Part shown: piece after piece, positions 17,351-27,025 of the stretch | Position numbering within the stretch: the stretch's first letter is position 1 | How the letters are laid out: each line of letters starts with the position of its first letter | Origin: Nitrososphaeria archaeon | GTDB lineage: Archaea > Thermoproteota > Nitrososphaeria > Conexivisphaerales > UBA164 | Direction of reading: 5' to 3' | Assembly: GCA_049967195.1 (NCBI GenBank) | Contig: JBMFTE010000002.1 | Span: forward strand, 1-60,210 | Length of the DNA: 60,210 nt | Made by a program: the position numbers and the translations under genes | Notes under the pieces: model-generated | Told to the model about the DNA's origin: nothing | Databases searched by the model: none | What the model saw: only the letters and a program-made list of their open reading frames with translations

Positions 17351-18682
17351 ATGAAAAACATAGTTATTATAGGAGGCGGGGCTGCGGGGATGAGCACTGC
17401 CTCAAGAGTGAGGAAGCTCATGCCTGATTCATCCATAAAGGTTTTTGAGGAGTCATCATATGTTTCCTATGCTCCATGTGGCGTTCCATACTATGTTGAA
17501 GATACAGTCAAAGACATAAATGAACTGGTAACTTATACCCCAGAATTTTTTACCAGGGAAAGAAACATAGATGTCCACATCAGGACACGCGTTACTTCAG
17601 TAGATGCAGGGGCTTCTGAAGTTTCATTTATTTCGGAAAACGGGGAGGGGAGCACAAAGTTCGATTACCTTTTGATGGCAACTGGAGCCGTGCCATTTGT
17701 CCCGGTGAAAAAATGGCTTGACGGCGATAGCATATACACGGTTAGGCACCTTGAGGATGGGGACAGGATAAAGGCAAACCTTTACAGGGCCAGCAGCGTG
17801 GCGGTTGTAGGTGGAGGTTACATAGGCGTTGAGATGGCAGAAGCGCTCAGCAGGCAGGGGAAGCGGGTAACCGTTCTGGAAATGAAGAGGATAATGCCAA
17901 ACCTTGACCAGGAAATTTCATCCTCAATATCTAGTTATATGAGAGCAAAGGGCGTTACAGTGAGGGAGGGTTTTGAGGTTAAATCAATTGAAAATTCGCC
18001 CAACTCCGTTTTAATTTCTGACGGAAGCACAACAGAAAGGTTTGATGCCGTGGTGCTTGCGCTTGGAGTAAGGCCAAACGTGGAACTTGCAAAGGCCATG
18101 GGGCTGAAGATCGGTGAAACTGGCGCGATCTGGGTGGATGAACATTTAAGGACAAGCAACGAAGCGGTGTTTGCTGCCGGGGACAGCGTAGAGGTTAAAG
18201 ATATTGTGCTCGGGAAAAAGAGGTACATTCCTCTTGCGCCTGAAGCCAACAAGGAGGGATATGTCGCCGGGTCCAACCTCGCCGGAATGCCCATGGCATT
18301 TCCGGGAAGCGCAGGAGCAGCCATAACCAAATTCTACGATATGGGAATAGGCAGCGTGGGAATAAATGAAGAAGAAGCCAAGGCCAATGGGGTAGACTAC
18401 TACGCAGTAAAGATCAAGCACAATGCAAGGGCATCTTACTTTCCTCCAAATGAAACAATTGAAATGAAGGTAATATTTGATAAAAAGAGGAAGGTGCCCC
18501 TGGGTGCCCAGCTCATCGGGGGCGAAATTTTCGGGCGGCTGAGCGCACTGAGTCTGGCAGTATCATACGGAATAGATGCTGAGAAGCTGTTCTTCTCTGG
18601 CATACCTTATGCGCCACCTTTCGCGCCTGTATGGGATTCAGTCATAGTGGCTTCGAGGATTTTCAATGAACATGTACTATGA
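17351..18682 (+). CDS. NADH oxidase / CoA-disulfide reductase family flavoprotein
   Basis: FAD site GGGAAGMS, redox Cys in SYAPCGVPYY, and second dinucleotide site VVGGGYIGVE. Confidence 0.85.
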   Translation: MKNIVIIGGGAAGMSTASRVRKLMPDSSIKVFEESSYVSYAPCGVPYYVEDTVKDINELVTYTPEFFTRERNIDVHIRTRVTSVDAGASEVSFISENGEGSTKFDYLLMATGAVPFVPVKKWLDGDSIYTVRHLEDGDRIKANLYRASSVAVVGGGYIGVEMAEALSRQGKRVTVLEMKRIMPNLDQEISSSISSYMRAKGVTVREGFEVKSIENSPNSVLISDGSTTERFDAVVLALGVRPNVELAKAMGLKIGETGAIWVDEHLRTSNEAVFAAGDSVEVKDIVLGKKRYIPLAPEANKEGYVAGSNLAGMPMAFPGSAGAAITKFYDMGIGSVGINEEEAKANGVDYYAVKIKHNARASYFPPNETIEMKVIFDKKRKVPLGAQLIGGEIFGRLSALSLAVSYGIDAEKLFFSGIPYAPPFAPVWDSVIVASRIFNEHVL

Positions 18683-19226
18683 TATAAATGACATAAGAAA
18701 GCTAAGGAAGGCTCTCAGGCTGACGCAGCGCCAGCTTGCAAAAATATCTGGGTTGAGTCAGTCATATATTGCCAAGATAGAATCGGGCAGGATTGACCCG
18801 AGCTACAGCAAGGTGCAGCAGATATTTAGGGCCCTTGAATCCATGAAGCCAACCAGCCCCCTGAATGCAGCGGCCATAATGAACAACGGGTTGATTTGGA
18901 TATACGGCGATGCCAGCGTCAAGGAAGCCGTCATGGTTATGCACGAAAGTTCAATAAGCCAGATGCCAGTGTTTGACAGGGAGCAGAGGGTTGTTGGAAG
19001 CATCAGCGAAAGGTCAATGGTGGAGGCAATGGGCAGGGGAAAAGATATCAGGAAGCTGGAGCAGATGAAGGTTTCTGATGTAATGGAGCCGCCATTTCCG
19101 CTTGTAGACGAAGTTGCCCCGATAGAGCTTATAGCAAAGATACTGACGTTTTACAACGCAGTGCTTGTCACAAAAAAGGGAAAAGTGATAGGTATAATAA
19201 CCCGTTCTGACCTACTTAGAGCCTAA
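18666..19226 (+). CDS. HTH (XRE-type) plus tandem CBS-domain regulator
   Basis: N-terminal LTQRQLAKISGLSQSYIAKIESGR helix-turn-helix, followed by two CBS-like repeats. Overlaps the upstream gene by 17 nt and ends 2 nt before the SAM synthetase gene. Confidence 0.8.
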   Translation: MNMYYDINDIRKLRKALRLTQRQLAKISGLSQSYIAKIESGRIDPSYSKVQQIFRALESMKPTSPLNAAAIMNNGLIWIYGDASVKEAVMVMHESSISQMPVFDREQRVVGSISERSMVEAMGRGKDIRKLEQMKVSDVMEPPFPLVDEVAPIELIAKILTFYNAVLVTKKGKVIGIITRSDLLRA

Positions 19227-19228
19227 AT

Positions 19229-20413
19229 ATGATTATAAATGCCAAAAGGTACGACAAAAATGAACCCTCAGTGGAATTTGTAGAGAGAAAAGGGAAGGGA
19301 CATCCGGATACGGTGTGCGACAACCTGAGTGAAAAGCTTAGCGTAGCACTGAGCAATTACTACATAAAAAAGACTGGAAAAATACTTCACCATAATGTTG
19401 ACAAGGCAATACTGGTAGGAGGGCAGTCAAGGGCGTGGTTTGGAGGCGGTGAAGTTCTCGAACCGATGTACATAATGCTCGTGGGAAGGGCAATCAGCAG
19501 GATTGGAGGAGAAGAGGTTGTGCCCATAGGCACAATGGCTCTGAAGGTGGTAAAGGATGAGCTGAAAAAGACATTCAGGTACCTTGATCCAGAATCTCAC
19601 GTAATAGTCGATTACCGGATAAAGCAGGGAAGCGCAGACCTAGTTGGGAATTTCAACTCGGAAAAGGAAATACCATTATCCAACGATACAAGCTTTGGGG
19701 TTGGCTTCTACCCCTTTACTGACACAGAGAGGCTGGTGCTGGAAGTGGAAAAGTACCTTAATTCGGAAAAGGGCAAGTCAGAGTTTCCCCCGGTTGGGGA
19801 GGACATAAAGGTGATGGGATTCAGAAATGAAAAGAAAGTGACGCTTACAGTTGCGGCAGCCATGATATCGTCGCTTTTAAAGGGCAGCGGGGAATATCAT
19901 GAAATCAAGCAACAGCTGACGGGAAAGCTAAATGAAATAGCTTCAGGTGCTACAGAGCTTGACGTGCAGATAAAGCTGAACAATGCAGATAACGCCTCTA
20001 AGGGGATATACTATCTTACGGTAACTGGTACAAGCGCCGAAAGCGGGGACGACGGTCAGGTGGGAAGGGGTAACAGGGCCAATGGGTTGATTACGCCGCT
20101 TAGGCCGATGACGCTTGAAGCAACAGCAGGCAAGAACCCGATCAGCCATACCGGTAAACTTTACACAATCCTTTCCCAAAGGATAGCTCAAAAGGTTGTT
20201 GAAGAAAACAAGAAAATCAGCAGTGCATCAGTTTACATGCTGAGCCAGATCGGGAAACCAATAACTGACCCCCAATCGGTTTACATAGAAGCAGTTTCCG
20301 AAATGAGCAGCGAAGCTGTTAGTGCATATTCACAACCAATAGTAAATGAAATACTCGACAAAGCGCCACAAACCTGGAAGGACATACTGGAAGGAAGGGT
20401 GCAGCTGTACTGA
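19229..20413 (+). CDS. metK: Archaeal-type S-adenosylmethionine synthetase (methionine adenosyltransferase)
   Basis: 394 aa. Carries ERKGKGHPDTVCD, the hallmark of the archaeal MAT family. Confidence 0.9.
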   Translation: MIINAKRYDKNEPSVEFVERKGKGHPDTVCDNLSEKLSVALSNYYIKKTGKILHHNVDKAILVGGQSRAWFGGGEVLEPMYIMLVGRAISRIGGEEVVPIGTMALKVVKDELKKTFRYLDPESHVIVDYRIKQGSADLVGNFNSEKEIPLSNDTSFGVGFYPFTDTERLVLEVEKYLNSEKGKSEFPPVGEDIKVMGFRNEKKVTLTVAAAMISSLLKGSGEYHEIKQQLTGKLNEIASGATELDVQIKLNNADNASKGIYYLTVTGTSAESGDDGQVGRGNRANGLITPLRPMTLEATAGKNPISHTGKLYTILSQRIAQKVVEENKKISSASVYMLSQIGKPITDPQSVYIEAVSEMSSEAVSAYSQPIVNEILDKAPQTWKDILEGRVQLY

Positions 20414-20414
20414 A

Positions 20415-21134
20415 ATGCGCAAAATAATCGCAGAAGTTCCTCCACATTACATTAAATCCCTAGACACTTCTTATCGCTTTATGGATAACTTCTCAGGGCT
20501 TGTAAATGGCTTCAACCTTACAGACATGCCTCTGGGCAGGGTTACAGTGGACAACTGCGCATTTGTTGCTGGAATTAAAGGGTCATACGCCGCCCGGCTC
20601 ATTTCTACCATTTCAGTTGGCCACCGGGACATCGCGGCAAACAGGTCATACATTAGGGGGCTGTCGGTTATGGGGATAAGGCAAATGCTGCTGGTTCAAG
20701 GGCCATCCCGCGCATCAACAGTATCTGAACTGTTGCCGTACGCAGTAAAGGAGGGCGAACTTGTAGGAGCTGTAATTTCCAATGAACGCAAAACAAGGGA
20801 AAGGATAACAGCAGGGGTCAGGTTTTTCGTAACTCAGATGTATCCAGAGGAAGAAGACATCATGATGCTGGGCAGGCTGGGTTTTTCTGGCGAAGTGATG
20901 ATTTCGGTGCCAGCCTTCGAGAGTATGGATACTGCAGGTAAGCTCATGGAAAAAGGTTTTGTGGTGCCGGAAAGCGTTGCAAATTCAGGCAATCCCGGTT
21001 TGGCAACCAGAAAAATTTTGCTTGATATGATGGACAGAGCTAAAGTAGCTGGATTAATGGCTTCAGCTTATGTTGTGCCTCTTCAGGTTGGCATACTGCA
21101 AAAATGGCTTGAGGATCTTATAAAAAATATGTAA
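20415..21134 (+). CDS. Methylenetetrahydrofolate reductase-like protein (short MetF family)
   Basis: 239 aa from ATG 20415, 1 nt after the metK stop. Segments FNLTDMPLG, SVGHRDIAANRS, GIRQMLLVQG and RFFVTQM parallel MTHFR motifs. Confidence 0.5.
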   Translation: MRKIIAEVPPHYIKSLDTSYRFMDNFSGLVNGFNLTDMPLGRVTVDNCAFVAGIKGSYAARLISTISVGHRDIAANRSYIRGLSVMGIRQMLLVQGPSRASTVSELLPYAVKEGELVGAVISNERKTRERITAGVRFFVTQMYPEEEDIMMLGRLGFSGEVMISVPAFESMDTAGKLMEKGFVVPESVANSGNPGLATRKILLDMMDRAKVAGLMASAYVVPLQVGILQKWLEDLIKNM

Positions 21135-21386
21135 AAATTGCAATATAAATCAAAAATATATGCAAATTCCAGCAGATATTTAAAATCTTAAATATTTATG
21201 CGAATTTAAGGCAATTAAGATTGATTTTATCCATTTTTTTACTCTAAAATATGGATAAAAAATCTTTTTATGCGTTTTTTATTGTAAAAAATAGATTAAA
21301 AATTTTTATTTGATAAACGTATTATATACCTAAAATTTATAAAATCATAGTTGTATACCAGCTGTAATATGCACACTGATAATTAT
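21135..21386. promoter_or_regulatory. Very AT-rich 250-nt leader/promoter region of the ilv-leu operon with a perfect 10-bp inverted repeat and a repeated TTATGCG motif
   Basis: TTTTATCCAT (21225-21234) pairs with ATGGATAAAA (21251-21260) across a 16-nt spacer. TTATGCG occurs at 21197 and 21268, and the related ATATGCA at 21158. GC content is far below that of the flanks by eye. Confidence 0.5.
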
Positions 21387-23051
21387 ATGTCAGGGGCTAG
21401 GGCAATAGTAAGGGCCCTGGAGAACGAAGGGGTAGATGTCATTTTTGGAATACCAGGTGGTGCAACTTTGCCCCTGTATGATGCGCTAAAGGACAGTAAA
21501 ATAAGGCACATACTAGCCAGGCACGAGCAATCAGCATCCCACATGGCTGACGGCTATGCCAGAGCCTCAGGGAGGGTCGGTGTATGTTCAGCTACGTCAG
21601 GCCCAGGTGCAACCAACCTGCTTACAGGAGTTGCGACTGCTTATATGGATTCTTCACCGGTTGTAGCCATAACTGGGCAGGTTGCAAAGCCATTTATTGG
21701 CAAGGATGCATTTCAGGAAATTGACACGGTTGGCGTTTATATGCCGGTTGTCAAGTACGCCATGCAACCTCTGAACCCAAAAGAAATACCTGAAGCAATA
21801 AAGATGGCATTTTTCATATCATCAACCGGCAGGCAGGGACCGGTCATTGTTGATGTACCGAAGGACGTTCAGACAGGGTCAGATGAAATGGACTTTTTCA
21901 AAAGCGTTGACCTTAAAGGATATGATACCAGCTATAAGCCAGACCCGGCTAAGGCAAGAGAGGCGGCGAAGCTCATATTACAGGCACAGAGGCCAATTAT
22001 ACTTGTTGGAGGCGGGGCCATCAAAGCAAATGCCGGTCCATTGGCTGTTGAACTTGCTGAAACGCTAATGGCGCCAATCGCAAGCACATTGATGGGGAAG
22101 GGCGCTGTGCCAGAAAACCACTTCCTGAGCGTTGGACCAATTGGCATGCACGGCACTTATCATGCCAACAGGCTCATAACGGAATCAGACCTGGTTATAG
22201 GAATCGGGGCAAGGTTCTCTGACAGGACCACCATGGACGCGGGAGAATTTGAAAGGGAAAAGATGATAATCGGCCTTGACATCGACCCTACCGAAGCCAA
22301 AAAGAACCTCAAAAATGAGCTGGCAGTAACGGGGAATGTAAACGAATCGCTTGCAATGATACTGCAATTTGTAAAGAGCATGATGCCATATGCAGAAAAT
22401 TCGCCATGGAAAAGGAGGGTAAAGGAACTTAAAGATCAGTTTGATGGCAAAGTATTTGGAGGCCAGGCGGTATCTCCCGCAATAGTAAGGAAGGTCAGAG
22501 AACAGCTTGCTGACCATGACATTGTAACGACAGAAGTTGGGCAGACACAGGCATGGGCAGAGCTGTTTTACAAGGCGCTAAAGCCACGAACCTTCATAAC
22601 CAGTGGCGGACTTGGTACTATGGGGTTCGGGTTCCCCGCTGCAATAGGGGCTAAGGTGGCAAGGTTCGGCTCAAATGTCGTAGACCTTGCTGGCGATGGC
22701 AGCTTCCAGATGACATCAAACAGCCTTGCGACAAGCGTAAAGGAAGGGATACCGGTTATAGTAATTATATTCAATAACTCCACACTTGGAATGATAGCCC
22801 AGTGGCAGAGGATGGTTTATGACAACAGGATGGTTGCTTCCTGGCTTGGGGAATCGCCAGACTTCTCATATTTGGCCAGGGCATATGGTGCCGAAGGCAT
22901 AAAGGTAAATGGGGCAGAAGACTTCGACAAGGCATTTAAGGAAGCTTTAAGCAATGAAGTTACAACTGTCATAGACGTTCCAATACCGCCCGAGGAAAAT
23001 GTCTTGCCGTTTGTTCCGTCCGGCAAGAGCCTGAGGGAAATGATAGTATGA
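21387..23051 (+). CDS. ilvB: Acetolactate synthase large subunit
   Basis: N-terminal GARAIVRALENEGVDVIFGIPGG and the TPP motif GDGSFQM...NN. ATG 21387 is preferred over TTG 21351. Confidence 0.93.
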   Translation: MSGARAIVRALENEGVDVIFGIPGGATLPLYDALKDSKIRHILARHEQSASHMADGYARASGRVGVCSATSGPGATNLLTGVATAYMDSSPVVAITGQVAKPFIGKDAFQEIDTVGVYMPVVKYAMQPLNPKEIPEAIKMAFFISSTGRQGPVIVDVPKDVQTGSDEMDFFKSVDLKGYDTSYKPDPAKAREAAKLILQAQRPIILVGGGAIKANAGPLAVELAETLMAPIASTLMGKGAVPENHFLSVGPIGMHGTYHANRLITESDLVIGIGARFSDRTTMDAGEFEREKMIIGLDIDPTEAKKNLKNELAVTGNVNESLAMILQFVKSMMPYAENSPWKRRVKELKDQFDGKVFGGQAVSPAIVRKVREQLADHDIVTTEVGQTQAWAELFYKALKPRTFITSGGLGTMGFGFPAAIGAKVARFGSNVVDLAGDGSFQMTSNSLATSVKEGIPVIVIIFNNSTLGMIAQWQRMVYDNRMVASWLGESPDFSYLARAYGAEGIKVNGAEDFDKAFKEALSNEVTTVIDVPIPPEENVLPFVPSGKSLREMIV

Positions 23052-23542
23052 GCAGCAAAAGGATATTCTTTATACGTGTAGCTGACAGGCCAGGTGTGCT
23101 CTTCAGGATAACATCGGTATTCAGGAGAAGAAACTTTAACATTGAGAGTGTTACCGTGGGTAAGGCCAACATTCCAGGCGAATCCAAGATTGTAATTTCA
23201 ATAGATGTTGATGAAGAGGGAGCTGACGCCTTTGCAAGGTTGGTTAAGAGGATCATAGACGTTTATGAGGTGGTTGAAGCGCCGCTGGAATCATGCACGC
23301 TGAGAGAACTCACGCTGATAAGGATGGAGGGCAGTGATGCAGGGCTGGAAGGTATATGCAAAAAATACGGTGCTAAACTTACAGTTAATGAGGGAGTCTA
23401 CATAGAACACTGCGGAGAACCACAAAATTCCGACGCGCTGCTGCAGGAACTCAGTAAATATAAGATAAAGGATATATCGAGGACGGGGATAACCGCATTG
23501 GTGAAAGAAAGTGGTAAAGATATATTACGATTCGGACACTGA
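23048..23542 (+). CDS. ilvN: Acetolactate synthase small (regulatory, ACT-domain) subunit
   Basis: 164 aa with an ACT-like N-terminus (IFFIRVADRPGVLFRITSVF). 4-nt overlap with ilvB. Confidence 0.85.
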   Translation: MSSKRIFFIRVADRPGVLFRITSVFRRRNFNIESVTVGKANIPGESKIVISIDVDEEGADAFARLVKRIIDVYEVVEAPLESCTLRELTLIRMEGSDAGLEGICKKYGAKLTVNEGVYIEHCGEPQNSDALLQELSKYKIKDISRTGITALVKESGKDILRFGH

Positions 23543-24500
23543 TTTATCTTTAATTAAATCAAAATCAGTAGCTGTAATAGGTTACGGAAGTCAGGGGAGA
23601 GCCCACGCTCTGAACCTAAAGGACTCAGGCGTTAAGGTAACTGTGGGAGTAAGGGAGGGCGGAAAATCATGGGAAGCCGCAAAAAGGGATGGCTTCAAGC
23701 CTACAAGCATTAGTGAAGCTTCAAAGGCGGCAGATGTAATATGCGTGCTCATTCCAGATACTGAACACGGCACGGTCTACAGGGAAAGCATCGAGCCCAA
23801 CCTGAAAGCTGGCAAGGCACTTATGTTTGCGCATGGATACAGCATAAGGTTCGGCCTGATCAGCCCCCCAAAGGATGTCGATGTTTTTATGGTGGCGCCG
23901 AAATCCCCCGGGCCCAAGCTTAGGGAGGCTTACCAGCAGGGATTTGGTGTGCCATCGCTCATAGCAGTGGGGCAGGACTACAGTGGCAAGGCCAGGCAGC
24001 TGGCGCTCTCCTACGCGAAGGCATTAGGCTCGACAAAGGTAGGGGTTCTGGAAACTACGTTTTCTGAGGAGACCGAGGAGGACCTGTTTGGCGAGCAGGC
24101 GGTGCTGGTCGGTGGCCTGATGTACCTGATCAATACAGGATTTGAAACTCTTGTTGAGAACGGTTACACGCCTGAACTTGCATACTTCGAGGTCCTGCAT
24201 GAGATGAAGCTCATAGTGGACTTGGTTTACTCGTCTGGACTTACTGGAATGTTGAAGGCAGTAAGCGATACAGCAAAGTACGGCGGGATAACGAAGGGTC
24301 CATACATAATAAACGATAAAACAAAGGAGAAAATGCAGGAGCTTTTAGAATCCATAAAGGACGGATCATTTGCGAAGGAATGGACCGGAAATCCGGCTGA
24401 AAGCAGAAAAAGGCTGGAAAAGATGATGCAGGATATAGAAAACCTCCAAATTGAAACTGTAGGCAAAAAGATAAGAAAAATGGCCGGATTAGAGAAGTAA
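23511..24500 (+). CDS. ilvC: Ketol-acid reductoisomerase
   Basis: KIYYDSD...VIGYGSQGRAHALNLKDSG. GTG start, overlapping ilvN by 32 nt. Confidence 0.93.
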   Translation: MVKIYYDSDTDLSLIKSKSVAVIGYGSQGRAHALNLKDSGVKVTVGVREGGKSWEAAKRDGFKPTSISEASKAADVICVLIPDTEHGTVYRESIEPNLKAGKALMFAHGYSIRFGLISPPKDVDVFMVAPKSPGPKLREAYQQGFGVPSLIAVGQDYSGKARQLALSYAKALGSTKVGVLETTFSEETEEDLFGEQAVLVGGLMYLINTGFETLVENGYTPELAYFEVLHEMKLIVDLVYSSGLTGMLKAVSDTAKYGGITKGPYIINDKTKEKMQELLESIKDGSFAKEWTGNPAESRKRLEKMMQDIENLQIETVGKKIRKMAGLEK

Positions 24501-24506
24501 GCAAAA

Positions 24507-26003
24507 TTGCCAAGAGCATACGTGCTTGATACAACTCTTAGAGATGGCGAGCAGACACCGGGGGTTAGCCTGACTTCTGAAGAAAAGATAGAAATCGCAA
24601 AAAAGGTCAGCGACCTGGGGGTGGATGTCATAGAAGCTGGTTTTCCGATTTCGAGTGAGGGCGAGTATCAGGCGGTTAAAAAAATAGCGAATCTGGGGCT
24701 TAACTCAAAGGTTGCTGCTCTTGCAAGGGCAAACAGGAAGGACGTTGAGCTTGCAATTTCAGCAGGGGTTGAGCGCGTTCACCTCTTCATCGCGACGTCC
24801 GACATTCACATGAAATACAAACTTAACATGACAAGGGAAGAAGTGCTGAGTGCTATAAGCGAGTGGACAGCATATGTCAGGGATAAGGGGCTGGAGGTTG
24901 AATTTTCAGCAGAGGATTCGACAAGGAGCGACAGGGCCTTCCTTATGCAGGCATTCAAGGCCGCAGCGGGTTCTGGAGCAAAAATGCTTGACATAGCCGA
25001 TACAGTTGGATTCGCTTCGCCCCAGCTGATGGCTGAACTTGTTGTTCAGATCAAAAAAGAGGTCCCGGGTGTTGGAGTAAGCGTTCACTGTCATAACGAT
25101 TTTGGTCTGGCCACAGCAAACACGCTTTCTGCCATAGTTGCCGGGGCAGATCAGTTCCATGGCACAATTAACGGAATAGGCGAAAGGGCAGGCAATGTGA
25201 GCATTGAAGAGGTTGCTGTTGGGCTTAAAATGCTCTATGGAATAGAAACCGGCATCAGGTTCGAAAAAATATATGAAACCAGCAAGCTTGTGGAGAAGCT
25301 CACCGGCGTTCAGGTTTCAAAGAACAAGCCTCTTGTAGGCGACAATGCATTTGGCCATGAAAGCGGAATACACACACATGGGATACTTTCAAACCCACTA
25401 ACGTATGAGCCAATAAGCCCTGAACTCATAGGGAGAAAGAGATGGTTCATGGCAGGCAAACATGCAGGCAGCCATGGCATAGCTGCAATGCTGAAGGAAA
25501 TGGGCGTGCAGTTCAGTGACAGCCAGCTTAACGAGATCGTAAATCAGGTGAAGGTCCTTGGGGACAAGGGCAAGCAGGTTACCGATGCTGACCTTTATGC
25601 AATAGCCAGCTCAGTAACTGGAAGCTCTCCAAAAAAGTTTGTTGACGTTGGAGGAATGGTCTCGGTAACTGGGGTCAACGTGCTTCCAACCACATCCCTC
25701 AGGCTTTCTTTTAACGGCAAAACGCTTGAATCTTCAAGCACGGGCATAGGCCCGGTAGATGCCTCGCTGAAGGCCATTCAAAAAGCGCTGGAGGGTACAA
25801 TGACACTGTATCTGCGGGAGTACAGCATACAGGCAGTTACAGGGGGGTCTGATTCGCTGGCACAGGTGAGCGTGAAGGTGGAGGATGAGGCCGGTCACGT
25901 TGCATCTTCTACTTTTACAGGGTCTGACATTGTGATGTCCAGCGTGGAGGCCATGATCGACGGTATAAACAAGCTGCTGCTGAAAAGGGGAAATTCTTTA
26001 TGA
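24507..26003 (+). CDS. leuA: 2-isopropylmalate synthase / citramalate synthase family
   Basis: LRDGEQTPGV and HCHNDFGLA motifs, with a C-terminal regulatory domain. TTG start. Confidence 0.88.
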   Translation: MPRAYVLDTTLRDGEQTPGVSLTSEEKIEIAKKVSDLGVDVIEAGFPISSEGEYQAVKKIANLGLNSKVAALARANRKDVELAISAGVERVHLFIATSDIHMKYKLNMTREEVLSAISEWTAYVRDKGLEVEFSAEDSTRSDRAFLMQAFKAAAGSGAKMLDIADTVGFASPQLMAELVVQIKKEVPGVGVSVHCHNDFGLATANTLSAIVAGADQFHGTINGIGERAGNVSIEEVAVGLKMLYGIETGIRFEKIYETSKLVEKLTGVQVSKNKPLVGDNAFGHESGIHTHGILSNPLTYEPISPELIGRKRWFMAGKHAGSHGIAAMLKEMGVQFSDSQLNEIVNQVKVLGDKGKQVTDADLYAIASSVTGSSPKKFVDVGGMVSVTGVNVLPTTSLRLSFNGKTLESSSTGIGPVDASLKAIQKALEGTMTLYLREYSIQAVTGGSDSLAQVSVKVEDEAGHVASSTFTGSDIVMSSVEAMIDGINKLLLKRGNSL

Positions 26004-27025
26004 AGTACAGGATAGCGTGGATGAAGGGGGATGGGATAGGACCGGAAATATCTGATGCAGCTATTGAAGTGCTAAATTCGATTCAGGAAAGCTTTCCAGT
26101 GAAATTTGACATAATATTTTATGATCTAGGGGATAAGAGCAAGACTGAAAGAGGCAGTGCGCTGCCAGAGGATACCGTTGAAGGGATAAAATTTTCTGAT
26201 GCGGCGATCAAGGGCCCGGTTGGGGAAAGTGCTTTTGAAAGCATTGTAGCGGTAAGGCAGAGGCTTGACCTTTATGCAAACATCAGGCCGGCAAGGTCAT
26301 ACGAGGGGGTTCCATATGCAGGAAAGATAGATGCAGTAATAGTCAGGGAAAACACGGAGGATCTTTACAAGGGAATTGAATTTGAGGTTCAGGGGGTTGC
26401 CACATCGCTAAGGATAATAAGCGAGAGGGCAACTCGCAGAATAGCGAAAGTGGCAGCGGCATATGCTGTTAAGAGGAAGAAGCATGTTACAGTGGTTCAC
26501 AAGGCAAACGTCCTCCGTGTTTCCGACGGGCTGTTCAGGAGGGTGGCATTGGAGGAGCTTGGGAATAACGGCCTGACTGTTGATGAAAAGTACGTCGATG
26601 CGATGAGCATGGCCCTGGTTCGGAACCCCGAGCAGTTTGATGTAATACTTACACCGAACGTTTACGGAGACATTCTGAGCGATGAAGCATCCCAGATAGC
26701 CGGTGGGCTGGGATTTGCAGCCTCAGCAAATATAGGAGATTTAAATTCGCTATTTGAGCCCGTGCACGGTTCGGCCCCTGACATAGCAGGAAAGGGGGTG
26801 GCAAACCCCTATTCAATGGTCATGTCGCTTTCAATGATGCTTAACCACATCGGAATTTCTAGGTCAGACAGCGACGCTATGCGTGCTTCAGCCGCAGTAT
26901 CTTCTGTGGTTGAAAAAAGTATTAAGGGGGGCATCCTTACTCCTGATGCAGGAGGCAGGCTAACCACAAGGGAAGTCGGTAAAGAGCTTGCCAAAGGAGT
27001 GAAGGGGTTTGTCGAAACTGGATGA
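26000..27025 (+). CDS. leuB: 3-isopropylmalate dehydrogenase (beta-decarboxylating dehydrogenase family)
   Basis: 341 aa with the NVYGDILSDE motif. ATGA overlap with leuA. Confidence 0.85.
   Translation: MKYRIAWMKGDGIGPEISDAAIEVLNSIQESFPVKFDIIFYDLGDKSKTERGSALPEDTVEGIKFSDAAIKGPVGESAFESIVAVRQRLDLYANIRPARSYEGVPYAGKIDAVIVRENTEDLYKGIEFEVQGVATSLRIISERATRRIAKVAAAYAVKRKKHVTVVHKANVLRVSDGLFRRVALEELGNNGLTVDEKYVDAMSMALVRNPEQFDVILTPNVYGDILSDEASQIAGGLGFAASANIGDLNSLFEPVHGSAPDIAGKGVANPYSMVMSLSMMLNHIGISRSDSDAMRASAAVSSVVEKSIKGGILTPDAGGRLTTREVGKELAKGVKGFVETG

Noticed and set aside
21135-21386. AT-rich region as a replication origin
   Set aside because: There is no adjacent orc1/cdc6 gene and no ORB-like repeats (the TTCCA...GGAAA type with a G-string). 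The position directly upstream of ilvB favours a promoter or leader role.
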